From assembly GCA_963665295.1 (NCBI GenBank), contig OY762209.1:1568001-1632000 (forward strand): a stretch of DNA of 64,000 nt, in the 5' to 3' direction. Positions 20,155-29,700 of this stretch are shown here, in pieces. Origin of the DNA: Syntrophorhabdaceae bacterium (GTDB taxonomy: Bacteria > Desulfobacterota > Syntrophorhabdia > Syntrophorhabdales > Syntrophorhabdaceae). The translations under genes and the position numbers were made by a program. The notes beneath the pieces were generated by a model. It made no database searches, was not told the origin of the DNA, and worked only from the letters and a program-made list of their open reading frames with translations. The number at the start of each line of letters is the position of its first letter. Positions within the stretch are counted from its first letter, which is position 1.

Positions 20155-20838
20155 CTAAGTCTTCACCTTGTGTTCTTCTTTAAAGGCGTAACGAAGTGTG
20201 TCCGCTTTGGACTGGTCCAGGTGACGCTTTACCGACTCCGATATCTCTTCGGGGTCGCCCCGTTTAATGGCGTCGAGTATGGCCTTGTGACCCTCAATGG
20301 CCCTGACCGCGGGATCGGGGAGGTACATGCTCTCCAGCCTGTACCGGAGCGCATGCCGCCTCAGGGTCTGGGCAAGTTCGAGGAGGCGTTTGCCCCCGCT
20401 CAACCTTGCGATGATTTCATGGAACTGGGCGTCGATATCGGCGATGGCGCACGTGTCGCCCGACGCAACGTGTCTTTCAGCGAGTTCGATATTCTTCTTC
20501 AACTCTTTTATCAGTTTATCGCGGGCCTTCTCCACGGCCCACCGGACGGCAAGCCCTTCAATGAGGAACCTGATCTCCCAGAGTTCCACCACCTCGGAGT
20601 CGCTTATGGGCTTTACCATGTAGCCGATGCGCGGCAGGGATTCGAGGAGCCCCTCGATCTCCAGGCTGTGAAGGGCCTCCCTCACGGGGGTCCTGGATGT
20701 GCCTATATCCTGCGCTATCTTTGCCTCCACGAGCCGTTCGTTGGCCTTGATCTCACCGCTTAAGATCTGTTCCCTCACATACTCATAAACCTTTCTCCGG
20801 ATCGTGGGGCTGTCCTTGATAACGAGCTTCTTCTCCAT
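20155..20838 (-). CDS. GntR family (FCD) transcriptional regulator
   Basis: ERLVE...GTSRTPVREAL wHTH; D.QFH and EGH FCD motifs; ATGA overlap with upstream gene. Confidence 0.9.
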   Translation of the reverse strand: MEKKLVIKDSPTIRRKVYEYVREQILSGEIKANERLVEAKIAQDIGTSRTPVREALHSLEIEGLLESLPRIGYMVKPISDSEVVELWEIRFLIEGLAVRWAVEKARDKLIKELKKNIELAERHVASGDTCAIADIDAQFHEIIARLSGGKRLLELAQTLRRHALRYRLESMYLPDPAVRAIEGHKAILDAIKRGDPEEISESVKRHLDQSKADTLRYAFKEEHKVKT

Positions 20839-21719
20839 CAGATGCAACCTCCCGTCTCTGTTTGTGCCACGAGGCGCTCCCAGTCTTCGTCTACCTCCTT
20901 CTGGAGGCGCTCCACATCATCCGCCGTGAAATGGCGGAACCGGCCCTGTATCTTCAGATATTCGTCGACCGACAGGCCCTGGGGTTGGTGGGTGATCCGG
21001 TACTCCGTCCCGTCTATGATCTCGTAAAGGGGAAAGAGCCTGGTCTCCACCGCAAGCTGCGCCGCCACCGCAGTCAGATCTTCGGGCATTCTCCAGCCCG
21101 TGGGGCACGGTGTCAAAGTATGGATGAACTTCGTGCCCTTTATCTTCTTTGCCTTCTCTATCTTCTCCATGAGATCCCAGGGGTGCCCGACCGAGGCGGT
21201 TGCCGCATAAGGCATGCGGTGGGCTGCGATGATCTGCATGAATTTCTTCTTCCTTCCCCGTCTTCCTCCCGGGGTAGTCATGGTCCACGCCTTTTCCGGC
21301 GTGGACGAACTCGACTGGATGCCCGTGTTCATATAGGCTTCGTTATCGAGACAGACATAGATGAAGTTCTCGTTCCGGTCCGCGGCGCCGGACAGGGACT
21401 GAAGCCCTATGTCGAAGGTCCCCCCGTCGCCCGCGAAGGCAACGGTCGTCACGTCCTCCCGGCCCTGGATCTTGAGCGCATTGGCGATGCCCGCCGCAGT
21501 GGGGGCTGCGATCTCGAAGGCCGTGTGGAAGCAGGGCACGGCAAAGGTGCTGTTCGGGTAGGTGGCGCTGATCACGCCCACGCACGACGGCAGGATCACT
21601 ACTATGGTCTTTTCTCCAAGAACCTTGAGGACGAGCCTCATGGTGTTCGCTTCGCCACAACCCGGGCATGCCATGTGCCCTGAACGCATATATTCTTTTT
21701 CCGCCGATGATCTGGTCAT
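20838..21719 (-). CDS. 2-oxoacid:acceptor oxidoreductase beta subunit (TPP-binding)
   Basis: ACPGCG, GDGG...DNEAYMNTG TPP motif, PCPTGW; ATGA-coupled start at 21719. Confidence 0.9.
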   Translation of the reverse strand: MTRSSAEKEYMRSGHMACPGCGEANTMRLVLKVLGEKTIVVILPSCVGVISATYPNSTFAVPCFHTAFEIAAPTAAGIANALKIQGREDVTTVAFAGDGGTFDIGLQSLSGAADRNENFIYVCLDNEAYMNTGIQSSSSTPEKAWTMTTPGGRRGRKKKFMQIIAAHRMPYAATASVGHPWDLMEKIEKAKKIKGTKFIHTLTPCPTGWRMPEDLTAVAAQLAVETRLFPLYEIIDGTEYRITHQPQGLSVDEYLKIQGRFRHFTADDVERLQKEVDEDWERLVAQTETGGCI

Positions 21720-22873
21720 GTCATATCCCTCCGTATCCATACAGGCAAATTGTCCGGTATCTCTTTCTCCATGGCCCGGACCACCATATCCTCGATCATG
21801 TCGGGCGATACGTCGGCGCCGCAGATGCCCGCGATATAGCCGAACACCTCCGGCCGTCGCGGGAGCGGATAAAGGGCGGCCTTCAATTCCTGGCACCATA
21901 TACCCTCTTTGCCCAGAGAGATGTTGCGGTCGAGTACCGCCACTTTGGGAACGTCCTTCAATATATGCCGCACTTCCTCGGAGGGGAAGGGCCTGAAGCC
22001 TTTCATCTTGAGGAGCCCCGCTTTATAGCCCTTGTCCCTGAGGGAACGGATCGCCACGCGGGCGGTGCTCGTCATGGCGCCGCTCGTGACGAGGACTATG
22101 TCCGCGCCGGCCGTATCCACGGCCTCCACCGTGCCGTAGCCCCTGCCCACGATACGGCGGTATTCTTCGTTTACCTCCCGTATCACGGGCCTCGCCTTCT
22201 CCATGTCCTCGAAGCTCCTTTGCCTGTATGCCATGTACTGTTCGGGGTTCACCACATTCGCCACATACGCGGGTTCCTTGATGTCGAACCGGGTAGGCAC
22301 GCTGAAGGGCGGTAAAAAGGCATCGATCAACTCCTGATCGGGTATCTCGACAGGTTCGATGAAATGGGAGGTGAAAAACCCGTCTATACAGACCATGACG
22401 GGAAGAAGCACCTGCTCGGCTATCTTGTACGCCTGGACCACCGTATCAAAGGCTTCTTGGGCATCTTCACAGTAAAACTGGAGCCATCCCGTGTCCCGCT
22501 GGGAGAGGCTGTCGGATTGGTCGCTTCCGAAGGCCCATGGAACGGAGATGACACGGTTCACGTTCGTCATGACAATGGGGACCCGGTTGCCCGAGGCAAA
22601 GTGAAGCATTTCGTGCATGAGGGCGAGGCCCTGGGAGGCGGTTGCCGTAAAGGTGCGCACTCCCGTGAGGGAGGCGGAGATGCAGGCCGCCATGGCCGAA
22701 TGTTCCGATTCCGGCCGCATCATGATGCCCGTGAGCTTCCCCTCGTTTTCCATATCCGAGAGCTTTTCGTAGATGGGGGTTTGGGGAGTGATGGGGTAGG
22801 CCGCCACAAACTGCACCCGCGCAAGGCGCACGGCTTCCGCTACCGCGTAGTTGCCTGCAAGAAGCAGTCTCAT
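21716..22873 (-). CDS. 2-oxoacid:acceptor oxidoreductase alpha subunit
   Basis: GNYAVA, AYPITPQT, ESEHSAM, TATASQGL; ATGA-coupled start at 22873. Confidence 0.9.
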   Translation of the reverse strand: MRLLLAGNYAVAEAVRLARVQFVAAYPITPQTPIYEKLSDMENEGKLTGIMMRPESEHSAMAACISASLTGVRTFTATASQGLALMHEMLHFASGNRVPIVMTNVNRVISVPWAFGSDQSDSLSQRDTGWLQFYCEDAQEAFDTVVQAYKIAEQVLLPVMVCIDGFFTSHFIEPVEIPDQELIDAFLPPFSVPTRFDIKEPAYVANVVNPEQYMAYRQRSFEDMEKARPVIREVNEEYRRIVGRGYGTVEAVDTAGADIVLVTSGAMTSTARVAIRSLRDKGYKAGLLKMKGFRPFPSEEVRHILKDVPKVAVLDRNISLGKEGIWCQELKAALYPLPRRPEVFGYIAGICGADVSPDMIEDMVVRAMEKEIPDNLPVWIRRDMT

Positions 22874-24660
22874 TGGCCACCCCCTGTTGCGTTCTCCCGG
22901 GTTGCGGCGCCGGTTTCGCCCATTTCTATCACGTGCCTGGGGCACGTGGTGGCGCATATGCCGCAGCCCTTGCAGTAGTCCGTCTCCACTCCGTAGCCTT
23001 TCGGTTTTTTTGTTATGGAGATGTCGGGACAGAGGAGGAAGCAAAGGTCGCACTCGGTGCAGGTCCCGCACTTAAAGCAGCGCGAGGTTTCGTCCTCCAT
23101 GACCCCGGGATCGAGGCCCGTGGTAATCTCGTGAAAAGTGCTTACGCTTTCCGCGGAGTTCAGCATGTCAGGGTTGTCGTTTCGCGCACCGTGGGCGTAG
23201 CAGAGGGTATTGATCTTCTCGAAGGGAACGATATCCTTGAGGTCGTACGCGTGGCCCGCGGGGTCGACAAGGTGGGAGAAGGAAAAGGATGGCCGGGCGC
23301 CTATCCGGTGTTTTTCGAACTCTTTCCTGATCTCCTTTCCTTCCAGAAAACAATGGATTGCGAGGGCGCCCATCTTGCCCGCCGCAATGGCATCCGCCAC
23401 GAAGGCCTTCGTCCCCGAACTGTCCCCTCCCGCAAAAACCCCTTCCAGGTTGGTCTCTGCAGTGGCGGGAGAGATCTCGATCATGCCCCGCTTGTCTATT
23501 ATAAGTCCCGGTCCGCTCGCGAACCCGGATTCGGGTATCTGTCCTATGGCCCCGACCAGTGTATCGACGGGGACCACGAACTCCGATCCCGCTACAGGGA
23601 CCGGTTGAGGCCTTCCGCTTGCATCCGGCGCGGCAAGTTCCATCCTGACGCACTCGATGCCTGCAAGCTTCCCCTTCTCCGAAATGAGTCTCTTCGGCGC
23701 GGCCAGCACGTGGATGGTGATCCCTTCTCTCTCCGCGGCGGCAAGGTCTTCGTCGAGGGCGGGCATCAGGTCCCGGGTACGCCGGTAGATGATGGTCACT
23801 TCTTCTCCACCGAGACGTCTCGCGGCCCGGGCACAGTCGACTGCGGTATTGCCGCCGCCGATGACTGCCACCTTCTTTCCTGTTTCGACCTTGCTGCCGA
23901 GGTTTATATCCCTCAGGAATCTTATCCCTTCCATTACGCCGGGAAGTTCCTCGCCTTCCATACCCAGCCGGGTGCCCCCGTGGGCGCCCACGGCAATAAA
24001 GACTGCCTTGTGGTCCGCCCTTATCTCCTGAAGGGAGGCATCGATGCCCACCCGGAACCCCGTCCTGATTTCTACTCCCAGGTCTCTGATGTACCCTATC
24101 TCCTTGCGAAGAACCTCTTTGGGAAGACGGTACTCCGGGATACCATACATGAGCATTCCTCCGGGCTCGGGGAGGGCCTCGAAGACCGTGACCCTGTAGC
24201 CCAGCCTTGAGAGGTGACAGGCGGAGCTCAAGCCGGCGGGTCCCGATCCGACGACCGCGACACGCTCATCCCTCATGACGGGCGCCCTTTCCCGTGTTAC
24301 GTCTACCTTGCCGTGGTCGGAAAGGAACCGTTCGAAACCCCGGATGTTGATCGCTTTGTCAAAATCTTTCCGGTTGCACTCGACCTCACACGGATGATAA
24401 CAGACTCTCCCGCACACGCCGGGGAGGGGGTTGTCCTCCCGGAACACCCTGAGCGCCTCATCGTAGTCGCCCTTCGACGCATGGGCGAAGGCCCTCGAAA
24501 TATCGTTGCCTATGGGACACCCGTGGCGGCACGGCGAGGTTTTCTCCACGTATACGGGTTTCTTCGGGCTCCAGCGTCCCGTGAGAAATATCCCGGTGGA
24601 ACCCCGCGAAAAGGGGGCCAAAGGCTCTATGTCTTTAATGGTCAATTTATGCTCGCTCAT
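22870..24660 (-). CDS. GltD/NfnB-like FAD-NAD(P) oxidoreductase fused to a C-terminal 2x[4Fe-4S] (PorD-like) domain
   Basis: PCRHGCP, CGRVCYHPCE..C, GSGPAGL, GGGNTAVD, FAGGD; C-terminal RCFKCG.C..C..C...CP and YCKGCGICATTCP. Confidence 0.85.
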   Translation of the reverse strand: MSEHKLTIKDIEPLAPFSRGSTGIFLTGRWSPKKPVYVEKTSPCRHGCPIGNDISRAFAHASKGDYDEALRVFREDNPLPGVCGRVCYHPCEVECNRKDFDKAINIRGFERFLSDHGKVDVTRERAPVMRDERVAVVGSGPAGLSSACHLSRLGYRVTVFEALPEPGGMLMYGIPEYRLPKEVLRKEIGYIRDLGVEIRTGFRVGIDASLQEIRADHKAVFIAVGAHGGTRLGMEGEELPGVMEGIRFLRDINLGSKVETGKKVAVIGGGNTAVDCARAARRLGGEEVTIIYRRTRDLMPALDEDLAAAEREGITIHVLAAPKRLISEKGKLAGIECVRMELAAPDASGRPQPVPVAGSEFVVPVDTLVGAIGQIPESGFASGPGLIIDKRGMIEISPATAETNLEGVFAGGDSSGTKAFVADAIAAGKMGALAIHCFLEGKEIRKEFEKHRIGARPSFSFSHLVDPAGHAYDLKDIVPFEKINTLCYAHGARNDNPDMLNSAESVSTFHEITTGLDPGVMEDETSRCFKCGTCTECDLCFLLCPDISITKKPKGYGVETDYCKGCGICATTCPRHVIEMGETGAATRENATGGGQ

Positions 24661-24682
24661 CTGCTCCACTCCTTCCAGGTTC

Positions 24683-25225
24683 TCAGGATATCAGACGGGT
24701 CAGTTCGTATGCCCGCCGTGCGGCAGCGATATTCTCGTCGATCTTGGCGGGGACGGTCTCCCTGATTGCCTGTTCGAGGTATTCCATGGATACGGCCCCG
24801 CTCGCCCTGGCGTAGGCCCCCAGTATAGCGGTGTTGATCGTACTCCCGAGGCCCGCTTCGTCGGCAATCGAAAGGGCGTCCACAAGGGCCAGGTGGAATT
24901 TCTGCAGGGGCTTGAATTCATTCGTGGTAAGGGCGTTGTTGATGAGGATGAGCCCGCCCGGTTTCAAGGTTGTCTCAACCTCCGCCTCATCGACGAGGTC
25001 CGGGGCCATGTAAATCACCTGATCCGGGCGCCTGATCTCGCACTTGAGAAAGATCTTTTCCTTATCGACCCGGAGGAAACTCGCCACAGGAGCGCCGCGC
25101 CTCTCGCCGCCGAAAACCGAGAAACACTGGGGATACATTCCCATGAGAAAGAAGACCTTCGCGAGGATCTGGGCAGCGATGACCGCCCCCTGTCCTCCCC
25201 TTCCGTAGAATTTAATTTCAGTCAT
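24683..25225 (-). CDS. 2-oxoacid:acceptor oxidoreductase gamma subunit
   Basis: EIKFYGRGGQG, FGGERRGAPV, NTAILGA. Confidence 0.9.
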   Translation of the reverse strand: MTEIKFYGRGGQGAVIAAQILAKVFFLMGMYPQCFSVFGGERRGAPVASFLRVDKEKIFLKCEIRRPDQVIYMAPDLVDEAEVETTLKPGGLILINNALTTNEFKPLQKFHLALVDALSIADEAGLGSTINTAILGAYARASGAVSMEYLEQAIRETVPAKIDENIAAARRAYELTRLIS

Positions 25226-25418
25226 CGGTCGTTAACCCCTTTCCTGTAAGCTCTATACTCTTAAGGACGCATTGCGTGCGGCGTCGACAGACGTTATCCC
25301 GGGCAGGAACAGAATAGGTTTTCAGCTTTCGTGCACAATCCGCTGACGCTGCCTGATGTCTCCTGAACCCCTTTGCACGAGTCGGCCAATCCAAATCAAG
25401 TTTTGATCGTTATTGAAT

Positions 25419-25447
25419 ACTGTACCCCAGCAAGAAGCGTCTGTCAA
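25419..25447 (-). promoter_or_regulatory. Putative sigma70 promoter of the oxidoreductase operon
   Basis: Minus strand TTGACA-N17-TACAGT. Confidence 0.5.
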
Positions 25448-25496
25448 TAGACAATTTGCCATATTTTCCGCGCCGCCGAAAGAGCCGTTTTATTTA

Positions 25497-25525
25497 TTGA
25501 GTTTTTTCCCCTTTACAGGTAGAGT
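25497..25525 (+). promoter_or_regulatory. Putative promoter giving a leaderless MFS mRNA
   Basis: TTGAGT-N17-TAGAGT ending 6 nt before the ATG at 25532; no SD. Confidence 0.45.
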
Positions 25526-25531
25526 CTAAAA

Positions 25532-26704
25532 ATGGAGAGATTTGCTTCCTTGAAGGGCAGGGCATTCCTGCTCCTTCTGTTCCTGGCCTTTCTGTGGTTC
25601 CTCAATTTTGTGGGGAGGACGCTCTTCGCCCCGGTCCTGCCCTTATTGGAGGATGAATTTCACATCGCCCACGCGAAGGCAAGCAGCATCTTCGTCTTTC
25701 AGTCCCTCGGCTACGGGATTTCCATATTCTTTTCCGGTCTTCTCTCGGGTCGCGCCGGATACCGGCGGTCGATCATCGTATCCCTTGTGGTGACGGCGTG
25801 CATCTTTTTCATGATCCCCTTTTCCAGGGACTTCTCCGTCCTCTACGTGTACGCCTCTGTAGTCGGCCTTGCCACGGGCGTCTATATCCCGGCGGTAATG
25901 CCCCTCATCACCCGCTCCTATGACGAGAGGATCTGGGGCAAGACCATCGCCATTCATGACTCGGCGGCCTCCATAGGGGTATTCGCGACGCCCCTCATCG
26001 CCCTTCTTCTGCTCAGATTCTTCACGTGGAGAGGCATGTTCGGCGCCATGGGGATCGTGTTCCTCCTTGCCGCCCTGGCACTTTATTTTCTTTTCGACGA
26101 ATTGAAGGTCGGCAAAATAACCAGGGCTGCCATCGGTAATTTCATGACCAGGAGGTCACTCTGGATATTAAGTGCTGTCTGGATCTTCCCTGCGTCGACG
26201 AGCCTGGGCATTTACTCCATAATCCCCCTTTATCTCACAAAGGAACTGCACCTCGACATAGGGTATGCAAATACCATATTCGGGATATCGAGGCTCGGAG
26301 GGTTCGTGGTCGCCATCAGCGCGGGTTTCCTCGTTACGCGTTTCAGTCTGAGGAGTATCATGGTTTCCATACTCGTGATCTCCGGGGCATTCACGGTTTT
26401 TGTGGGCCTCGCGGGTGTCCGGGTGATCGGCGTAGCCCTCTTTCTCCAGGCGAGTTTTATCTATGGGTTTTTCCCCGCAGGCCTTATCGCGATCTCCCGG
26501 ATGTTCGACCTCAATGTGAGGGGAATCGCCACGGGTTTCATATTCGGGTTCGGTGTCGTATTCGGCTGGGGCGTGGCCCCTTTCCTTCTCGGTCTCTCGG
26601 GAGACGTGCTGAGTTTCCGGTTCGGCATCCTCGTGCTCGGCATCTCCACCATCCTCTCCTCGGGGCTGATCTTCCTCCTCAGGGAACTCCGCCCGGAAAA
26701 GTGA
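25532..26704 (+). CDS. MFS transporter
   Basis: About 12 hydrophobic segments; GLLSGRAGYRR (motif A-like). Confidence 0.88.
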   Translation: MERFASLKGRAFLLLLFLAFLWFLNFVGRTLFAPVLPLLEDEFHIAHAKASSIFVFQSLGYGISIFFSGLLSGRAGYRRSIIVSLVVTACIFFMIPFSRDFSVLYVYASVVGLATGVYIPAVMPLITRSYDERIWGKTIAIHDSAASIGVFATPLIALLLLRFFTWRGMFGAMGIVFLLAALALYFLFDELKVGKITRAAIGNFMTRRSLWILSAVWIFPASTSLGIYSIIPLYLTKELHLDIGYANTIFGISRLGGFVVAISAGFLVTRFSLRSIMVSILVISGAFTVFVGLAGVRVIGVALFLQASFIYGFFPAGLIAISRMFDLNVRGIATGFIFGFGVVFGWGVAPFLLGLSGDVLSFRFGILVLGISTILSSGLIFLLRELRPEK

Positions 26705-26762
26705 AGACCGCCGGAGCGGCGGTCAACCTGAAGGGCCGGACGTTGCGAGGCCGCTCATTCCG

Positions 26763-29700
26763 CTACCAGATCAGCCGCAGTTCGGGACTCGTGAAATACT
26801 CGTGCCGGAAGTGTTCCGGAATGCTCGCGTGGTGTTTCAGACAGAACCAGACGATCTGGCTGTCGAGGGCCTTGACGGGCGTCTCCTGAATATCGGCGGG
26901 AGCATGGTAGTGGGGGAGATAATGAATGCCATTCTCCTCCTCGCCTCGTAAGCATTCGTTATTCTCGTAGCATTTCTGGCATCTCACGGCAAAGGACGGG
27001 CTTTGCTGCCCCGGCCGGCCGAACCTTATGCCTGCCGTGGGAAGACCGATAGTGAGGCCGATATCTCCCGTGACAGCGGAAGCTCCGGTCCCTTTATCGA
27101 GTTCATTGAGGGCGCATGCCACTATGTGCCTGTATGACTGCAGCTCTTCGGGCAATTCGCCTACAATCATGAGCCTCGGCGTTTCTTCCTCGTGGTCCCG
27201 AAGAGAGCAAAACAAGTCGTATACCCCTGTGACCCCAAGGTGATTCTTGTACCGGTATTCGGCGGTTCTGAGGGCGTAGGCGGTAAAAAGGTTGACGCAA
27301 TTATCGACTATTTCATCGATAAGCGCTTTACCGGCGCGGGAAATGGGCTTCTGGCGCGCCAACTTGCCGAGTGTCTTTGTCAATTCGTTCAGGCACTCCA
27401 CAAGTTTTCCTATCTGTTCGTCCTTCTCCATTCCCGCCCTTTCTTTGTCGATAGCGTACAGGTCGAGCCGTACGAGATAGTCTACGAAGACCGCCTTCTT
27501 TTCCTCCAGCAACGTTCCGGCTTCACTGCGCTCAAGCCCGCTTTCAACGACCGGATCACAGAACCAGCATTTCAGCAGGTCCCGGAGAAAGGTCTCATAG
27601 GTGCCCTTAATGGTATAGGTCATCAGCTCCCTCAGCTTGATGTCCCCCAGATGAGCCACCATGATATCAACGTCCTTGTACATTTCGTTAATGTTGGAAT
27701 AGTTCTCCGTATCGCCGGTGACGCCCAGCCTTACCACGGGCTGAACCTGTTTTTCCTTCAGACGAGGCAGCTTTTTGTTGCGGTGTTCCAGCACCATCCG
27801 ATTCAGCTTTCGCCGTTCCCTCAGATCCTCAAGGGAAGACCCCGGTTCCCCCTCGCGATTGCCGAGGGACTCCTCAAAGGTCTTTATATGCTCCGGGTAC
27901 GAGCTGTCGTCGAACTCTGTGTAAAGGCCTTTTTCCTTCAATTTCTCGTTTAATTCCGCGATCTGGCCCACGTACTCGGCGGCGGGACCCGTGAATTCCG
28001 CTGCCTCGAACCTTACGATCGCCTCCGGGTCGAAGAGATGAAAGATAAACCCCACCGAAGAGTATTTATCGATAAGTTCGTCGTGCCATGCGGGGATGAC
28101 CTCGATTCTCATGTGGTAGCTCTGCAGGAGGTCTATTATCTGGTTGCTGCCAAGCTCGTTGTAGTCGGCTCGATGCCTGCCGTCCGACCTCTCTTCCCAC
28201 CGGCTCGATTGAAGAAGAAAGATCTTCCTGATACGAATCTTTTTTGCGTGGAGCCAATTGCTGTACTTTCTGTATGCTCCTTCATTCAGGAAGAGGTCAA
28301 GATGTTTTTCCCTGCGGGTAATGGCGTTCCCCTTGCCTGTGAAATAGCTCCTGGCTTCCTGCACCTGATTCCATTCCTCCACCAGTGTGAGAATGGTGTT
28401 CAGTTCGTCCTCGTGATCGGGGTGGGTATGAGTGACCACAATGGCATCGATATCTTCAATCGAAAAACCCTGTTCGTAAAAATTCTGCACAAAATCATAG
28501 CCGGGGTCTATCACCAGGCCCTTGCCTTCCCAGAATAAAAAGTACCCCCCGCCTCTAATATCCTGCCCCTTGGGCCGCGGCACTTTCGGGTTAAACGACT
28601 GCCATCGCCGCAAGACTACAAATTTGTTGAGAGGCGGCCTTTTCGTCGTCTTTTGCCTTGTTTTGTAGCCTTCCTGCTCCAGATAACGTGACACCTTTCC
28701 GGGGATGGACGCAATATTCCCCACATTGACCAGAGATAGTCGGGCGATGTTTGCACACATCCATTTAAGCTCTTCGGTCTTCTTGATGTCCCGGGGGAGG
28801 TGCTTGAGGTAGAGATAACTGAAGAGCCGTTCAATCTTGTTCGTTTTGAATGTTGCCGACTTGAGAGCGGGTGCAGCCGCTCTCAAGTCTTCCGGTGTTC
28901 CAACCTCCGGTCCCTGCTGCTCCGGTTTCCCGGTCTCCGATCTCTCAGCTTCCAGCCTGTCGGCATCCCGCCTGCGCGCTTTGCCGCCCGGGTAAAGGAT
29001 TGCGTAGGTGTAGTCGCCGAGTTCCGAGGTCTTTCCGAACCCCCTCAGGTATTCACCTATTTCGTCCCTTACGGCCGAGTCGAAATCGTTCCATTTGACT
29101 ATCTTCTTTATTATCTCCGAAAGGTCATATCCGGGATCCCTGGGGACAAGGGTGCCATAGAGCTTTTCCATGGCAAGGCGGGTTAAGAAAGGCCTGCAAT
29201 CGACTCTGCCCTCATCTATCTGATCCCGCAGAGTAATTGCATCGGGATGACTCAGTTCCAGGTCCCTGGTCCAGATTCTTTCGAGAAAGTCCTGATCCGA
29301 CAGAAGTTCGTTCAGGCTATCGCAGCCATTTTCGGGCTTTTCCGGAAGAGACGCATGTCCTTTCATGCGGATTGTGCGGCAAAGTCCCTCCGCCTCTTTC
29401 GCGTTTTTGCTCTGTGAAAAGAAGGGTGTATAGGGAAATTTCTCGATCTCCGGCCTCTCGCGGATGGTGAACAGTATGAAGCCGAGCCGTGCAACGATGT
29501 CGGACAGGACGCGGTCCTCCTTGGATAATTCGAGCGGCTCCGGGAAGTACCGCGTAACCGTCTTTCTAAGCTCATCTATGTCGAGGAGCGGGAGCTTGGC
29601 TGCGCCGGTTTTGGCAAAAATGGGCTTGCGAGGAGTATTCTTTCTAATCTGGAACATTTCGCTAAGGTCTTGATCCTGATAGGGCTTGATAAAGAGGCTC

